Source: Malacoraja senta (lineage: Eukaryota). From it: DNA of 64,000 bases. Of the stretch, positions 12,811 to 25,679 are shown one piece after another; position 1 is the stretch's first letter; each line of letters opens with the position of its first letter. Position numbers and translations under genes: made by a program. The notes beneath the pieces were generated by a model. That model searched no databases. It was not told the origin of the DNA and saw only the letters and a list, made by a program, of their open reading frames with translations. The stretch is from assembly GCA_038087875.1 (NCBI GenBank), contig CM075993.1:10790001-10854000 (forward strand). Direction: 5' to 3'.

Positions 12811-14436
12811 CTTTCCAAATTAAAAAAAAACTAATCTCATCTTAGTTTATGGCCTGGAGACTAAGGAAAGTTCTGGTGTAGAAAATCAGAGGAAATAAAC
12901 TGTGTATTGTCAGGTCAATCATGGAAAGCTTAAGCAGTGGCAACACTGTGAGAAAAGGGTTCTCACCCCATTTACTGCGATTTCCCATGCTATCTCTGTT
13001 TCAGTTCTTGTTCCCCTTCTTAGCTTCTCCCTCATCTTCCTTAATGCACTCTTCCAGAAATATCAACTTTAACAAGCATGCACCTCCTCTCAGAAAAGGC
13101 ACCTACTTCATATCAACCCAGATTCTCTTGACCTTCAATGGCATTTTCTTTGCACTCTCCAATCCTTGCCATTCCTCTTCAGAAACTACACTTTTACTCC
13201 CACTTCTCCACATCTGAAGTCACTGACCTAAATATTAACTCTTTCTCTCCAACATGTCTGACCTGATTAACATATTCAGAACTTACTTTAATCCCACTGA
13301 AAAGTTATTGCAGCTCTAGGAAGTGAAACTATGAAGCGACAACTCTGTAATATTGTCATTTGTACCCTTAACCACATTAAAGACATAGGCCTCTTCATTT
13401 AACTTTGATCTGCCATTTTGGCTCTCAACTTAAAGCATAAATACAGCTGCCGAGATTGACATATTTTATCCGACCTGCTTTTAACACCATACGTTCATGT
13501 GATAGGAGCAGAATTAGGCATTTGGCCCATCAAGTCTACTCCACCAGTTCAATCATGGCTGAGTCTCTCAACCCCAACCCTCTCAACCCTCTTCTGCCTT
13601 CTCCCCATAACCTCTGGCACCCGTACTAATCAAGAATCGATCTATCGCTGTCTTAAAATTATCCATTGACTTGTTCGGAGCCATTTTGAGCTGAAAATTT
13701 ATATTTATTGTAAAAGTTACGTAAGATTGGATCCCATCCATAAATTCCTTGATTTACTTTTGGGCAAAGTCCATGTGTAAAGATCATTATCTTTAAAACG
13801 ATCATTCAATTATGACTTCAGCATGACAGATTTGTACAAGTGGACACATTTTGTATTTGACAAGAGATGCAGACACAGATTACATTTCAAACAAATCAGA
13901 AATTAATAAATTTAGGTAGAAGTCATTCAGCCCTTTATGCTCGCGAATGCTTTGGCAAATTAATCCTAAAATTAACCCAACTGTTTCATTTGCCTTCCAT
14001 ACCTCGCATACACTTCTGCTTTGTAAATATCAAATTTCAACAATCTTGCACAAATGTATTTAATAGCCAAACAGGAACTAACCAAACCATGTTTCTTTTA
14101 AATACACCCAAACTTATTGCCGGTGAAAATGCTGAAGTTTAACAAATTGAAAGAGAATATTCATTTAAATTTGCAATAACAGAGTATGAAAGCAAATAGT
14201 GACCAGGAATCAAGGGACTAAGTTTTACCCACAACATTTTAATTTAAAATTCATTGGCAGTTAAGAAATGAACATATGTAACTGATGGAGACATGAGAAA
14301 CTGCAGATGCTGAAGTCATGAGCAAAAAACAAAAAAGTGCTGGAGGAAATCATCAAGTCAGGCAGCAAGTGCAGGGAATAGACATTTGATGTTGCGAGTT
14401 TGCATCCTTCTTCAGACTCTGGTAATACTAATTATT

Positions 14437-14745
14437 GGGTGGCACCCTGGCGCAGTGGTAGAGTTGCTGCCTTACAGCACCAGAGACCTGGGACCCAGGT
14501 TCAATCCGGGTGCTTCTCTATATACGGAGTTTGTACGTTCTCCCGAGACCCGTGTGAGTTTTCTCCGAGATCTTCGGGTTCCTCCCACTCTCCCAAAGAT
14601 GTACAGGTTTGTAGGTTAATTGGCCTGGTAAAATTGTAAATTGTCTCTAGTGTGTGTAGGATAGTGTTAGTGTGCAGGGATCACTAGTCCGGTGCAGACC
14701 CGGTGGGCCAAAGGGGTTATTTCAGGCTGTATCTCTAAACTAATC
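14437..14745 (+). mobile_element. V-SINE (HE1-like)
   Basis: Full head-body-tail match to the other copies. Confidence 0.82.
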
Positions 14746-17233
14746 TCTGAATTGCTATAAGAAACATTCAGAATTAACAAAAACTTACGGCAGATGAGTC
14801 ATTTGGCCTACTGTACTTGCACCTGTGGAAAAAAGTGCTCTGGTGCTCCACCTTACAGCATTCAGTCCATATCCACAAATATACACCTTGATATCATTTA
14901 GATAACATTGAAGATTCCGTCACCAAGGGCAACAGATTGGCACAGTAGGTGGAGAACTGCTGCTTCAGACTTCAAAGACGCGGGTCAAATCCTGACCTCA
15001 GGTGCTGTCCATGGAGTTATTTGCCATAAGAGGCATAATCCTTTCTAAATCACCCTGTGGACCCTCTTCCAATCTTATCTTCCAATCTTGTTCCCATTCC
15101 TTTTACACACATGGTTAAACTCAGCCTATCCAAACCTCACAAAACGCAGCCATTGCATCTAGCCCCTTTCATACTTGACAAGCGAATGAAAAGGCGATAA
15201 AACAGGCAAAAGTGATCTAGGTGAGAGTAAAGGAAGAAAAATAAAGTACAAATGAAATCCAAGCTAAGGAACAGAGTGAAGCCAATGGGAAATAGTCCAG
15301 AGTTAAACTCTGTGGCATAAGCAGATTATCTAGAAGTCGAAACTGAAAGGAAAACAATAACATTTATTTTATAGCTAAAACACAGTAATTTAACCTTCCT
15401 TGTGGGTATAAGCAAAGCACAAATACCAAATGAAACCATGTGCAAACAAATTTTACACCCAGAGGTCACAGAACTATGAATGCCAAGGATATCGGTATTT
15501 CTTTGGAAAGAGTTATTATTGCTGGCACAGAAAAATAGAAGTCCTTATTGAATGGCGGTACTGGCTCGAAGGGCCGAATAGCCTACTCCTGCACTATTTT
15601 TCTGTGTTCTATGTTTCTAGAGTCAGGGAAACAAAAGATATAGACGATCAATGTAGAGAGATATAGATTCAAGATTCAAGAGAGTTTATTGTCATGTGTC
15701 CCAGATAGGACAATGAAATTCTTGCTTCAGCACAACAGAATATAGTAGGCATGAACTATAGCAGAACAAATGAATGGATAATGGATCAGTCTGAAGAAAA
15801 GGTCTCGACCCGAAACATAACCCATTTCTTCTCTCCAGAGATGCTGCCTGTTCAGCTGAGCTACTCCAGCTTTTTGTGTCTACAATAGATAATGTTTGTT
15901 GTGCTCCCTTTTAAGTCATCATTGTCCAGTTCTCACACTCTTTCAACTGACAAAGACCACAATCTTGTGCATTCTTTAAATTTACTGGGCTCAATTATAA
16001 TACTGTGTGACAACTAAAAAAAATGAATTGAAATTGTGTTTACATATTCATAGGAATAAACTCCAACAGTCCAGAAAATCTGCAAGACTGGTATTGGAGT
16101 AATCAATTGTCCCATTTTCTCACAGAGAGTGGTGAGTCTGTGGAATTCTCTGCCTCAGAGGGCAGTGGAGGCAGACTCTCTGGATGCTTTCAAGAGAGAG
16201 CTGGATAGGGCTCTTAAAAATAGCGGAGTCAGGGGATATGGGGGAGAAGGCAGGAACGAGTACTGATTGTGGATGATCAGCCATGATCACATTGAAGGGC
16301 CAAATGGCCTACTCCTGCACCTATTGTCTATTGTCAATTATCAGAGTTTTACTGTACTCCAAAACATTACCAGTCGGTAGCTGAAACTAAAAGTCTAATA
16401 GGAAACTAAATTCTACGGAGCTTGGAAACCTTTAAAACAAACTGGGGGAAATTCTACTGACGTGGTTGCTTAGCCATGTGGACATGGACCACAGATGCTC
16501 TGGACAGCAATATTGGCAATTATCGTATTCTGTAAATTATTTCAGTCTACATGCTGAGTGAAATCCTGAGTGTGGAACTGCCCCACTTCCATCTTGCCAT
16601 TAGTCAGGACTGCTTAGAGTGGATGTGGAGCAGATGTTTCCACTAGTGGGAGAGTCATGCACCAGAGGTCACAGCCCTCAGAATAAAAGGACGTTCCTTT
16701 AGGAAGGAGATGAGAAGGATTCTTGAGTCAGCGGGTGGTGAATCTGTGGAATTCGTTGCCCCAGAAGGCTGTGGAGGTAGATAGATAGATATATTCTAGA
16801 TTAGAACAGGTGTCAGGAGTTATGGGGAGAAGGCAGAAGGGAGGGAGAAAGATCAGCCATAATTCAATGATGGAGTAGACATGATGGGCCAAATGGCCTA
16901 ATTCTGCTCCTATCACTTATTAACATGAACTTCTGAACCTGCTGGACAGTGGGTAGCCTTAAATTCGTAGGCCTTTTCGCAACTTTAAATTTTATAAACC
17001 AAATTTCTCTAGGGTATCAAACACATAACACATAGCATGCAACAAAAGCTTTTCACTGCACACTAAACATTTTATCTATTGTTGCGATCGGGAGTTATAC
17101 TTAACCCTGAGGGACGCTTCCTTCAGCTTACCCTAAATCATTAACAAAATTGTAATGACAGCTAGTGTCAAATCTTAACAATAGACAAGACACAAAAGAT
17201 ATTTGAATGAAAATCATCTAGGTTCTAAAAAAG

Positions 17234-17433
17234 NNNNNNNNNNNNNNNNNNNNNNNNNNNNNNNNNNNNNNNNNNNNNNNNNNNNNNNNNNNNNNNNNNN
17301 NNNNNNNNNNNNNNNNNNNNNNNNNNNNNNNNNNNNNNNNNNNNNNNNNNNNNNNNNNNNNNNNNNNNNNNNNNNNNNNNNNNNNNNNNNNNNNNNNNNN
17401 NNNNNNNNNNNNNNNNNNNNNNNNNNNNNNNNN
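17234..17433. other. Assembly gap (200 N)
   Basis: Run of exactly 200 n, probably a placeholder of unknown true size. Confidence 1.
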
Positions 17434-17444
17434 AAGTGAGAGGA

Positions 17445-17737
17445 TACTATGCAGAAACAGGCCCTTCGGCTCACCGAGTCCACACCGACCAGCGATCCCC
17501 ACACATTAGCACCATGTACACACACTAGGGACTATTTACACTTATACCAAGCCAAATAACCTACAAACCTGAACGTCTTTGGAGAGTGGGAAGAAACCAA
17601 AGATCTCAGAGAAATCCCACGCTGTCATGGCAAGAACGTACAAATTCAGTACAGACAGCACCCGTAGTCGGGATTGAATCCACGTCTCTGGTGCTGCAAG
17701 CACTATAAGGCAGCAACTCTACCGCTGCGCCACCGTG
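17445..17737 (-). mobile_element. V-SINE (HE1-like)
   Basis: Reverse-complement full copy. Confidence 0.82.
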
Positions 17738-18189
17738 CGAGTCAACAGAGAAGTTGAGGGCGAAGACAAATTCTGCCAGCCAGAGGAGATTCGCACCCAT
17801 TTCTCCCCCCCCCCCCACTCCCCTTTCATTTACATTCCTTCTTCTAGCTTCACAATTGTCAACTCTTCAATCCTTTGTCTCACACATTCTGTCTTTTCAT
17901 CTCTGGCCTTGGTCCAACCATCAGCCTATCAAAAAACCCTCTCACCTGTATCCACCTATTACTTGCCAGGCTTTGTCCTGCCTCTCCACTCTTCCATGCT
18001 GCCTGACCTGAGTGACTCCTGCACTTTGTGTCATTTTTTTATAAACCAGCATCTGTAGTTCCTTGTATTCCACTAAAAAGTTTACGTTTTTTTTGCCAAG
18101 TGAAATTTACACATTGTTTAAAACAAAAAGGGAAGAAAGTTAATGTTTGTCAAGAGGAATGTTTTTGTAAATGCATGCAGTTTTGAGCT

Positions 18190-19420
18190 GTCGACGAAGA
18201 TGATCGATGAGGGTAGGGTGGTGAATAGACACAAAATGCTGAGTTACTCCATGCACGGCATCTCTGGAGAAAATGGTTAAGTGACGTTTCAGGTCAGGAC
18301 CCAGTAGGGTGGTGGAAGTTGTCTACATGGATTTTAGTAACACATTTGTAAAAAAATCTAGAAGATTAAGATGCATGGGATTAACAGTAACTTGATCATA
18401 TGGATTCAGAACTGACTTAATGAAAGTAGGCAAGAGAGTTGCGGTGGAAGGACAATATTCAAGCTGGAGGTCTGTGCCCAGTGGAGTTCTGCAGAGTTCT
18501 GAGCTGGGATCTCAGATAGACACACAATGCTGGAGTAACTCAGCGGGACAGGAGCATCTCTGGAGAGAAGGAATGGGTGACGTTTCGGATCGGGATCCTT
18601 CTTCAGACGTATGTGATATATTTAAATAAACGACATAAATAGAGGTTGGTTAGTAAAATTGCGGATGACACCGAGATTGCTGGGGTCGCAGACTGTGAGG
18701 GAGGCCGTCAAAGTATACACCAGGATACAGACCAGCTACAGAAATGGGCGGAGAAATTGTGGATGGAGTTTAATCCGAGCAAGTGTGAGGTGTTACACTA
18801 AGGGACACAAATATATGGCATGACCCTTAACGGCATTGATGTACAGAGGGACATTGAGTATAAAGTCATGATGCAGCTTTATAGGACTTTGGTCTATTAG
18901 ACATCTATGTCACGTGCAGATCTGGTCACCCCCAATGCAAAGATGTGGAGGCTTTGGAAAGGGTAGAGAGATGGTTTACCGGAATGATGCATGCATTGGG
19001 GGGATTAGTTACAAGAAGAGGTTGGACAAACTTGGTTTGTTTTCTCTGCACCGATGTTGCAGGGAGACCTGATGTATAGAATGATGAGAGGCATGAATAA
19101 GGTAGCAGTCTATTTCCCATGGTGGTAAAATCAAATACTAGAGGGCACAGCTTTAAAGTGAGAGGCAAATTGTAAAGATGTGGGGGGAAAGTTAGTTTTG
19201 CAAAGAGGGAGGTGGGTGCCTGGAACGTGCGACCTGGGATGGTGATTGAAACAGATACGATAGTTGCATTGCAGAGACTTTTGGAAGGAAACATGGATGT
19301 ACTGGGAATGGAGGGATATGGATTTATGCATAGGAAGATAAGAGTTGGTCTTGGCATCATGCTTGGCACGGACATTGTGGGGTAAAGAGCCTGTTTTGTG
19401 CTGTCATATTCTATGTTCAA
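18190..19420 (+). pseudogene. Old degenerate CR1 RT fragment with two Penelope pLTR insertions
   Basis: Remnants of VVYMDFS, SGVLQ.S.LG, ADDT (gcggatgacacc at 18661) and KCEVLH motifs with many stops and indels. Confidence 0.8.
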
Positions 19421-21879
19421 TGTATTTAGAAGCTTTACACAAGCTTAGACTGTTACTGTGCTAAAGATTCAAATTGGACACCATTTTAATGAAAATGTCC
19501 ATGCACTGTACAGTTTACAAACGCAACAACATCTTGTAAGTACTGGTTTAGTTATTTACATGCACTTCCACATGCTCACATAACCACAAACAACAAACAC
19601 AAATCTTGCGTGGATACTTTTTCAATTATGTAATAATAGCACAAAACTAATACGGAAGAAACAAATTAAACAATAATAAGGTGCAGAAACCAACTCATAA
19701 AGCCTGTTTTCAATTTGAATTTTACAACTGAAAAACATTTACCAGTATATTTACTTTAAATTTGCAAGTGAAGGGTTTAAATACTTGAACTGCACACATA
19801 TTTGGCTAAGCTCACAATTCCACTCGCTAACAAAAAACATTTAAAAAAAACCCATCTGTGAAATATTTCCACCATCATTAAGTGGACCTATGGGTTTAAA
19901 ATGATACAGCCCAAAGGAACTCTGTACAACAATGTTCGTAATTGACTTGGATCAGATTTCTTTGTCTCATGTCGCCCCAATAGTGGTAAAGACAAACTGG
20001 CATTAAATAATTTAGCTCCAGCATTAATCCAGGCTTCAAAGCACACTTTCAACCAGATGTACAGTTATGTAATAACATTCAATTTGCTTCAATCACAATT
20101 CTTCAATCTGAATGGAATTTCATTCCACAATGCTGTCGCTTCACCATGAATCTTTTCTTACGGAAAGAGAACAGATCAGTTCTCTACTGTAATTCTATGA
20201 TCCTAATAAATCCTCATTTCCAATTAATGGGACAAATTTGAAATTTTAAAAGCAATGGTTTAATTGCAAACTAATCATCCAAACATAAATGCTGACAAAG
20301 AGATTATTGAATTGTGCACTTCCTGCACGGCCATGAATAGAGGCCCCACAACCTTCTGCTCTGCTTCACCAGTCGATGAGATTAAGGCTGATCCTGGCTC
20401 AGTTCTATGTTCCCCTTCAACCCTTATATACCTGGATTTAAGAGTACAGAAAGCTGTTGAGCACTGATCAGAATCAAGGACTCTTCACAGCTCCCATTAA
20501 AAAAAACTCAGCTCCATCTTAAATGGCCAGTAAAATGTATTAACTGAAAGTGATGCTCATGATGAAGAGAACAATTGGCAATGGGAAATTTAAAGCAATA
20601 AATATTGTACAATGGTCCTCACAGGTTCAAACATTTATCATCAGGAGAAGAAGAAATTATGAGAATTTTCTATACTGAGCTACAATTTTCTAGTTTTCAA
20701 AACTGTCGTAAATTTTGGTGCCTAGCTGCATGTATAATTTTTTAGATGGGGACTGAATTATATGCTTCACAGTCAAACCAAGCCTGTTCTAAAGTCCACA
20801 TTTGCCCATCCATTCTCATCTGTGGCATCACAAAGTAGAGGGTCAGTTGGAACCGCACAAAGCAAGTTGTGAGTTCTACTTCTGCTCCATTTATACAGAA
20901 TTACTGAGCATAATGCCAGTTGCATGATCTGCAACGCATTTAGACGTGGAAGCTGTGCAAGTGTGTGGTTAGGCAACTTTGAGGGCTGAGAGAACAACCT
21001 ACACTTATGTTAAATTAACTGTGGGAAGATTTTGTAAAATAATAAACCGGTCTGATGTAGCATTATATTTAAAATATAAGCAGCATCCCATGTGGAGTCT
21101 GGTCAGAAGTAACTTTTCTGTTGTGACATTTATACTAAACCTAAATTATCCATGTATCCTAACGCAAAATCTATACACAGTAAAACCAATCTGTTGTGTG
21201 TAGCCAGTGTACATCACATTTTGCTGTAAATGCTAGAGTTACGTTGTGGTTTATTTGGTACACTTAAATAGGAAATGACGTTTCATTAGGCAAACCAGCA
21301 AACTAATACACCTTGACATGTGCAACTCGTTGAAGCGATTTAAACTTACTTCAAAAGTGCTTTCACTGGCAAAATGACACTCAGCAAACTGATAGAAATT
21401 TGCCAGTTTGAAATGGACTAAATACAAATATTTTCGACTAATTATACACCATAATCCAAGAAGAATACATGGGATTACTCTTGTTGAAAGCAAGTGTTAC
21501 GACTATCACAGGAAGTGCGCATACTTCACATGAGACACCCAGAAACCGTAATCAACACCGGATGATCAATTTTATTCATACTGAAAGTTCCGTTTTGAGA
21601 CTAAAATTGTAACGTCTTTGCAAATACCCTAAATGTAGAGACCAATAATAACAAAATGGAAGACATTTATATTCAGAATACATCTCAAATTAAGCTACAT
21701 TCTCAACTTACGCAGAAGACGATTGTTAAATCTTGACAAGACACAAAAAGCTGGAGTAACTCAGCAGGTCAGTCAGCATCTCTGATGCCTATAAATCCTG
21801 ATATTAGTTCACTCGATTAACACTTAAAAACCACAGATGTTGGAAATATGCCAACAGGTGTTCTAGGGATACAGCAGGT

Positions 21880-22235
21880 CCACACAGAAAAAGGTGAAGC
21901 ACCTCATATTTCACTTAGGTAGCTTACAACCCAGCCCTATGAATATTGACATCTCCAACTTCAAGTAACCCTTGCTTTTCCCTCTCTCTCCATCCCTCGC
22001 CCATCCTAGTTCTCCGACTAGTTGCAGTCCTCCTGATTAAAGTTTATGATTGTATGCCTCTTTGTCACCTTCCCCATAGCTAACAATGATTTATTCTACA
22101 TTTTCCTTGATCTTCGTCCCCTTTGATCAGTTTCTACACCTTGCCCTACAAAATCTCTATGTCTCCCTCTCCCCTTAATCTTGCCAGAAGAAGGGTCTCG
22201 ACCAGTAACGTCACCCATTCGTTCACTCCAGAGTC
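21880..22235 (+). mobile_element. Penelope-like element 3' fragment
   Basis: cacctcatatttcacttaggtagcttacaaccc (GIY-YIG C-terminus) followed by the pLTR motif. Confidence 0.75.
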
Positions 22236-22891
22236 TACCTAAAGGCAGCAGAATCTCCTCAGCAATTTGTGCTTTAAGATAATGCTCCAACTCATTTTGA
22301 AATTCAAATCTTTGCACTTCAAGCAAATGTCCCACAGTTAGCACTAGAATCCCAGACTGGTCCAAGTCCTCCCAAAACACTTTAAGTTGCACTGGACACA
22401 GATGATGATTTATAAAGACGTTATAATTTGGTCTGGTCAAAGATTTTGTCTTTTAGATGGGAGGGCGTGTCCAGGGAACATGCTGCACACATATTTCCAG
22501 CTGCACTTGCATAATCCAGATGTGCCGCAATATCTTCAACGTACTAATCTGACATGGTCTGAATGAAAGGCAGAACATAGTCCAGAACCATCTCCTCAGC
22601 CTATGATGAGATCTCCTCAGAACAACAATCCATAAATCTAACATCGATACAAAATGCCGGAATAACTCAGCGGGACAGGCAGCATCTCTGGAGAAGAATG
22701 GGTGACGTTTCGGATCGAGACCCTTCCTCAGTCTAAAGAAGGGTCTCGACCCAAAATGTCACCTATTCCTTCTCTCCAGAGGCTGCCTGTCCCCCTGACT
22801 TACTCCAGCATTTTGTGTGTCTTCAGTTTAAACCAGCAACTGCAGTTCCTTCCTACACAATCCATAAATCTAACCTTATCGCAGTGGCACC

Positions 22892-23208
22892 AGTTTAGTT
22901 TAGTTTAGAGATACAGCGCGGAAACAGGCCCTTCGGCCCATCGGGTCCGCGCTAACCAGCAACCCCCACTCATTAACACAATCCTACACACACTACGGAC
23001 AATTTTTACATTTATACCTAGCCAATTAACCTACAAACCTGTACGTCTTTGGAGTGTGGGAGGAAACTGAAGATCTCGGAGAAAACCCACGCAGGTCACG
23101 GGAAGAACGTACAAACTCCGTACAGACAGCACCCGTAGCCGGGATCGAACCCGGATCTCTGGCGCTGCAAGCACTGTAAGGCAGCAATTCTACCGCTGCG
23201 TCACCGTG
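22892..23208 (-). mobile_element. V-SINE (HE1-like)
   Basis: Reverse-complement full copy with (TTTAG)n tail. Confidence 0.85.
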
Positions 23209-24299
23209 CAGTTGGCACAAAGAACAACATCCCACTGCCAGTCAGACTACCAGGGACCTTGAAAATGAACCCTCCTGCTCTCCATGCACGACTTTGAAGC
23301 TTGAAAGCACGCACCACCAAACTCAGGAACAGCTTTTTCCATTCTGTTATCAGGTTTCTGAACAGTCCTACCATAAGCTCGGGTACTGTCCTATTCATCT
23401 CTATCCCTTTGCAGACATTGGACTTTGTCTATCGAACTGATACGCTGCAATGCTGAAAACTAAATTTTGCACTTTGTATCTTACCTTTGCTGTACCTATT
23501 GTACTTGAGTTTGACTTGATTATACTCACGTATTTATGTAAAGTATTATCTGATCTGACTGGACAGCATGCAAAGCAAAGATTTTCACTGCATCTCTTGC
23601 ACTTGACAATAATAAACCTAAACCTAAATTGTGTACTTAGAATCCAGGTTGCCAACTTTAACCATGGCTTGGGTAGCAAGGAACTGCAGATGCTGGTTTT
23701 AACAGAAGATATACACAAAAGCTGGAGCAACTCAGCGGGACAGGCAGCATTTCTGGAGAGAAGGAATGGGTGATGTTTTGGGTAGGGTCTCGCCTCACCC
23801 AAAACATCACCCATTCCTTCTCTCCAGAAATGCTGCCTGTCCCGCTGAGTTAGCTCCAGTTTTTGTGTATATCTCATGTTAAAACCAGCATCTGCAGTTC
23901 CTTGCTACCCAAGCCATGCCTAATTCAAGATTTGCAAATGGAAATGCCTAATTCAAAATCCAAGGACAGCTCAACAGTCCAAGGGAGGGAAGAAACATCA
24001 CTGCGTATCTTTGGACCTTTCAGTGACTTAACAGCCACAGATCCGTGGGTGGTGGATAAGGGAGGGTACGGAACAGAATCATTGTGGATAGCAGGCCATA
24101 TGCTGGAAGTGATAACGGCAGTCCTTACAGAGGTGCCTTGACAACATGGGTGGGGACAGGCATACAAAACAGCTGGCCCCAGGGAAGTCTCTTGACAGCA
24201 GATCAGTTGCCAAGACTGGGTCACTAACAATAAATAGCACACCCACCTAGGGAAGGGGCAGAGAACGGACAACAGCCAGGCCCCTCGGTGATGGGAGGA

Positions 24300-24850
24300 A
24301 TGCAGAGAGGGGGGGGAAGAAGGGAGAAGGCCCCAGAGTAGTGATGGGGGGGATGGGGGGATGGGGGTGGGGGGGCATAATGGGGTAGGGTGAAGCAAAG
24401 GGTGGGAAAAGCCACAGGATAGTGGGAGTATGGGCTCAGGAGCGGCAAGGTCCGGGGTAGCGGGAGCAGGTGGGAAAGCCCCCGGGATAGTTGAAGCAGA
24501 GGATGGAGGAAAGAACCCGGGATAGAGCGAGCAAAGGGTGGGGAAAGCACCGCGGTCGTAGGAGCAGGGGGGGGGGGGGGGGGAGAGAGAATGGCCCCTG
24601 CTGGACGGAGCAGGGGGTGAAGGCTCCGGGGTAAGTAAATGGCCGGGGAGAGCAGTAACTGGAGGCGGGGGGAGTGGGGTGATGGTCCCGGGGTAGAGGG
24701 TTGGGGGTAGCGGGAACAAGGGGATGGGGAGGGGGATGGGGAGGGAGGTGGGGGTGTTGAAGGCCCCGGGATGGCGGGAGGAGGGATGGGGAGGATGGGG
24801 ATGATGGGGAGTGGGGTGAAGGCCCCGGGGGGTGGGGGTGGCGTCGCCCC
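24300..24850 (+). repeat. G-rich low-complexity tract with recurring CCCGGG(A/G)TAG-like motifs (5' end of RAB8B intron 1)
   Basis: Many GGG+ runs on the + strand, with repeated motifs such as tccggggtag, cccgggatag and gaaggccccggg. Confidence 0.7.
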
Positions 24851-24868
24851 TCACTCACTCACACTCAC

Positions 24869-24992
24869 CTATAGTGGAGATGAAGGTGGTGTTGAAGGCG
24901 TCCTCCGAGAAGCGGAAGAGGAGGCAGGTTTTGCCGACGCCGCTGTCGCCGATCAGCAGCAGCTTGAAGAGGTAATCGTACGTCTTCGCCAT
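24869..24992 (-). CDS. RAB8B: First coding exon (124 nt) of Ras-related protein Rab-8B-like GTPase
   Basis: The minus strand from the ATG at 24992 translates to [41 protein letters not shown](G), including the P-loop GDSGVGKT. It is followed by a canonical donor ATAG|GTGAGT at 24868. Residues CLL and NTT fit RAB8B rather than RAB8A (CVL, NST), from recalled sequences. It lies in a CpG island. It is missing from the ORF track as a separate entry because it is a short exon. Confidence 0.92.
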
Positions 24993-25020
24993 GTCGGGCT
25001 GAGCGGGCGGCGGCGGCGGC

Positions 25021-25316
25021 GGGCGGAGTGACGGCAGACGCGGGGCGGCGGCGGGCGGAGTGACATCAGACGCGGGGCGGCGGCGGGCGGAGTGACATCA
25101 GACGCGGGGCGGCGGCGGGCGGAGTGACGGCAGACGCGGGGTGGAGTGACATCAGACGCGGGGCGGCGGCGGGCGGAGTGACATCAGACGCGGGGCGGCG
25201 GCGGGCGGAGTGACGGCAGACGCGGGGTGGAGTGACATCAGACGCGGGGCGGCGGCGGGCGGAGTGACATCAGACGCGGGGCGGCGGCGGGCGGAGTGAC
25301 GGCAGACGCGGGGCGG
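25021..25316. repeat. GC-rich minisatellite (10 units of 32 or 22 bp) immediately upstream of the RAB8B ATG
   Basis: Unit GGGCGGAGTGAC(AT/GG)CAGACGCGGGGCGGCGGC. Unit starts are at 25021, 25053, 25085, 25117, 25139, 25171, 25203, 25225, 25257 and 25289. Confidence 0.95.
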
Positions 25317-25360
25317 TCCTGCATCATCCGCAGCCCGACGTCATGCGCGGCCGACGAACA

Positions 25361-25380
25361 GCCTGCTGGGGATTGTAGTC
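25361..25380 (-). promoter_or_regulatory. ZNF143/THAP11-type ACTACA-TCCCA promoter motif
   Basis: The minus strand reads GACTACAATCCCCAGCAGGC, close to the known ACTACAnnTCCCAGnAnGC motif of vertebrate housekeeping/bidirectional promoters. Confidence 0.65.
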
Positions 25381-25679
25381 TCATGGTGGAGGCCCAATTC
25401 ATTGTGAGAAGCAGAAACATAGAAAATCGGTGTTTAAGAAGGAACTGCAGATACTGGAAAATCGAAGGTAGACAAAAATGTTGGAGAAACTCAGCGGATG
25501 CAGCAGCATCTATGGAGCAAAGGAAATAGGCAACGTTTCGGCCCGAAACGTTGCCTATTTCCTTCGCTCCATAGATGCTGCTACACCCGCTGAGTTTCTC
25601 CAGCACTTTTGTCGACATAGAAAATAGGTGCAGGAGTAGGCCATTCAATATGATCATGGCTGATCATCCAAAATCAGTT

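Larger units (their letters stand above)
1..24868 (-). other. RAB8B: Presumed intron 1 of RAB8B (continues beyond window start)
   Basis: Lies downstream of the exon-1 donor. No sequence encoding the expected next exon ([20 protein letters not shown]) was found by eye in 1-24868. Confidence 0.65.
24760..25400. promoter_or_regulatory. CpG island / promoter-5'UTR of RAB8B
   Basis: Very high GC and CpG density around the start codon, with many GGGCGG boxes and a CRE-like GACGTCA at about 25337. Confidence 0.8.

Noticed and set aside
17203..17525. ORFs containing X runs
   Set aside because: They are artefacts of the N gap.
23925..24858. Long Pro-rich ORFs (309, 140, 108 aa) on the minus strand
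   Set aside because: They are translations of a C-rich low-complexity intron start directly after the RAB8B donor site, with no domain similarity.
24771..25031. 86-aa plus-strand ORF
   Set aside because: It is the antisense shadow of RAB8B exon 1.
25021..25316. CRISPR-like appearance of the ~32-bp repeats
   Set aside because: The units are contiguous with no unique spacers, the context is eukaryotic, and there are no cas genes.
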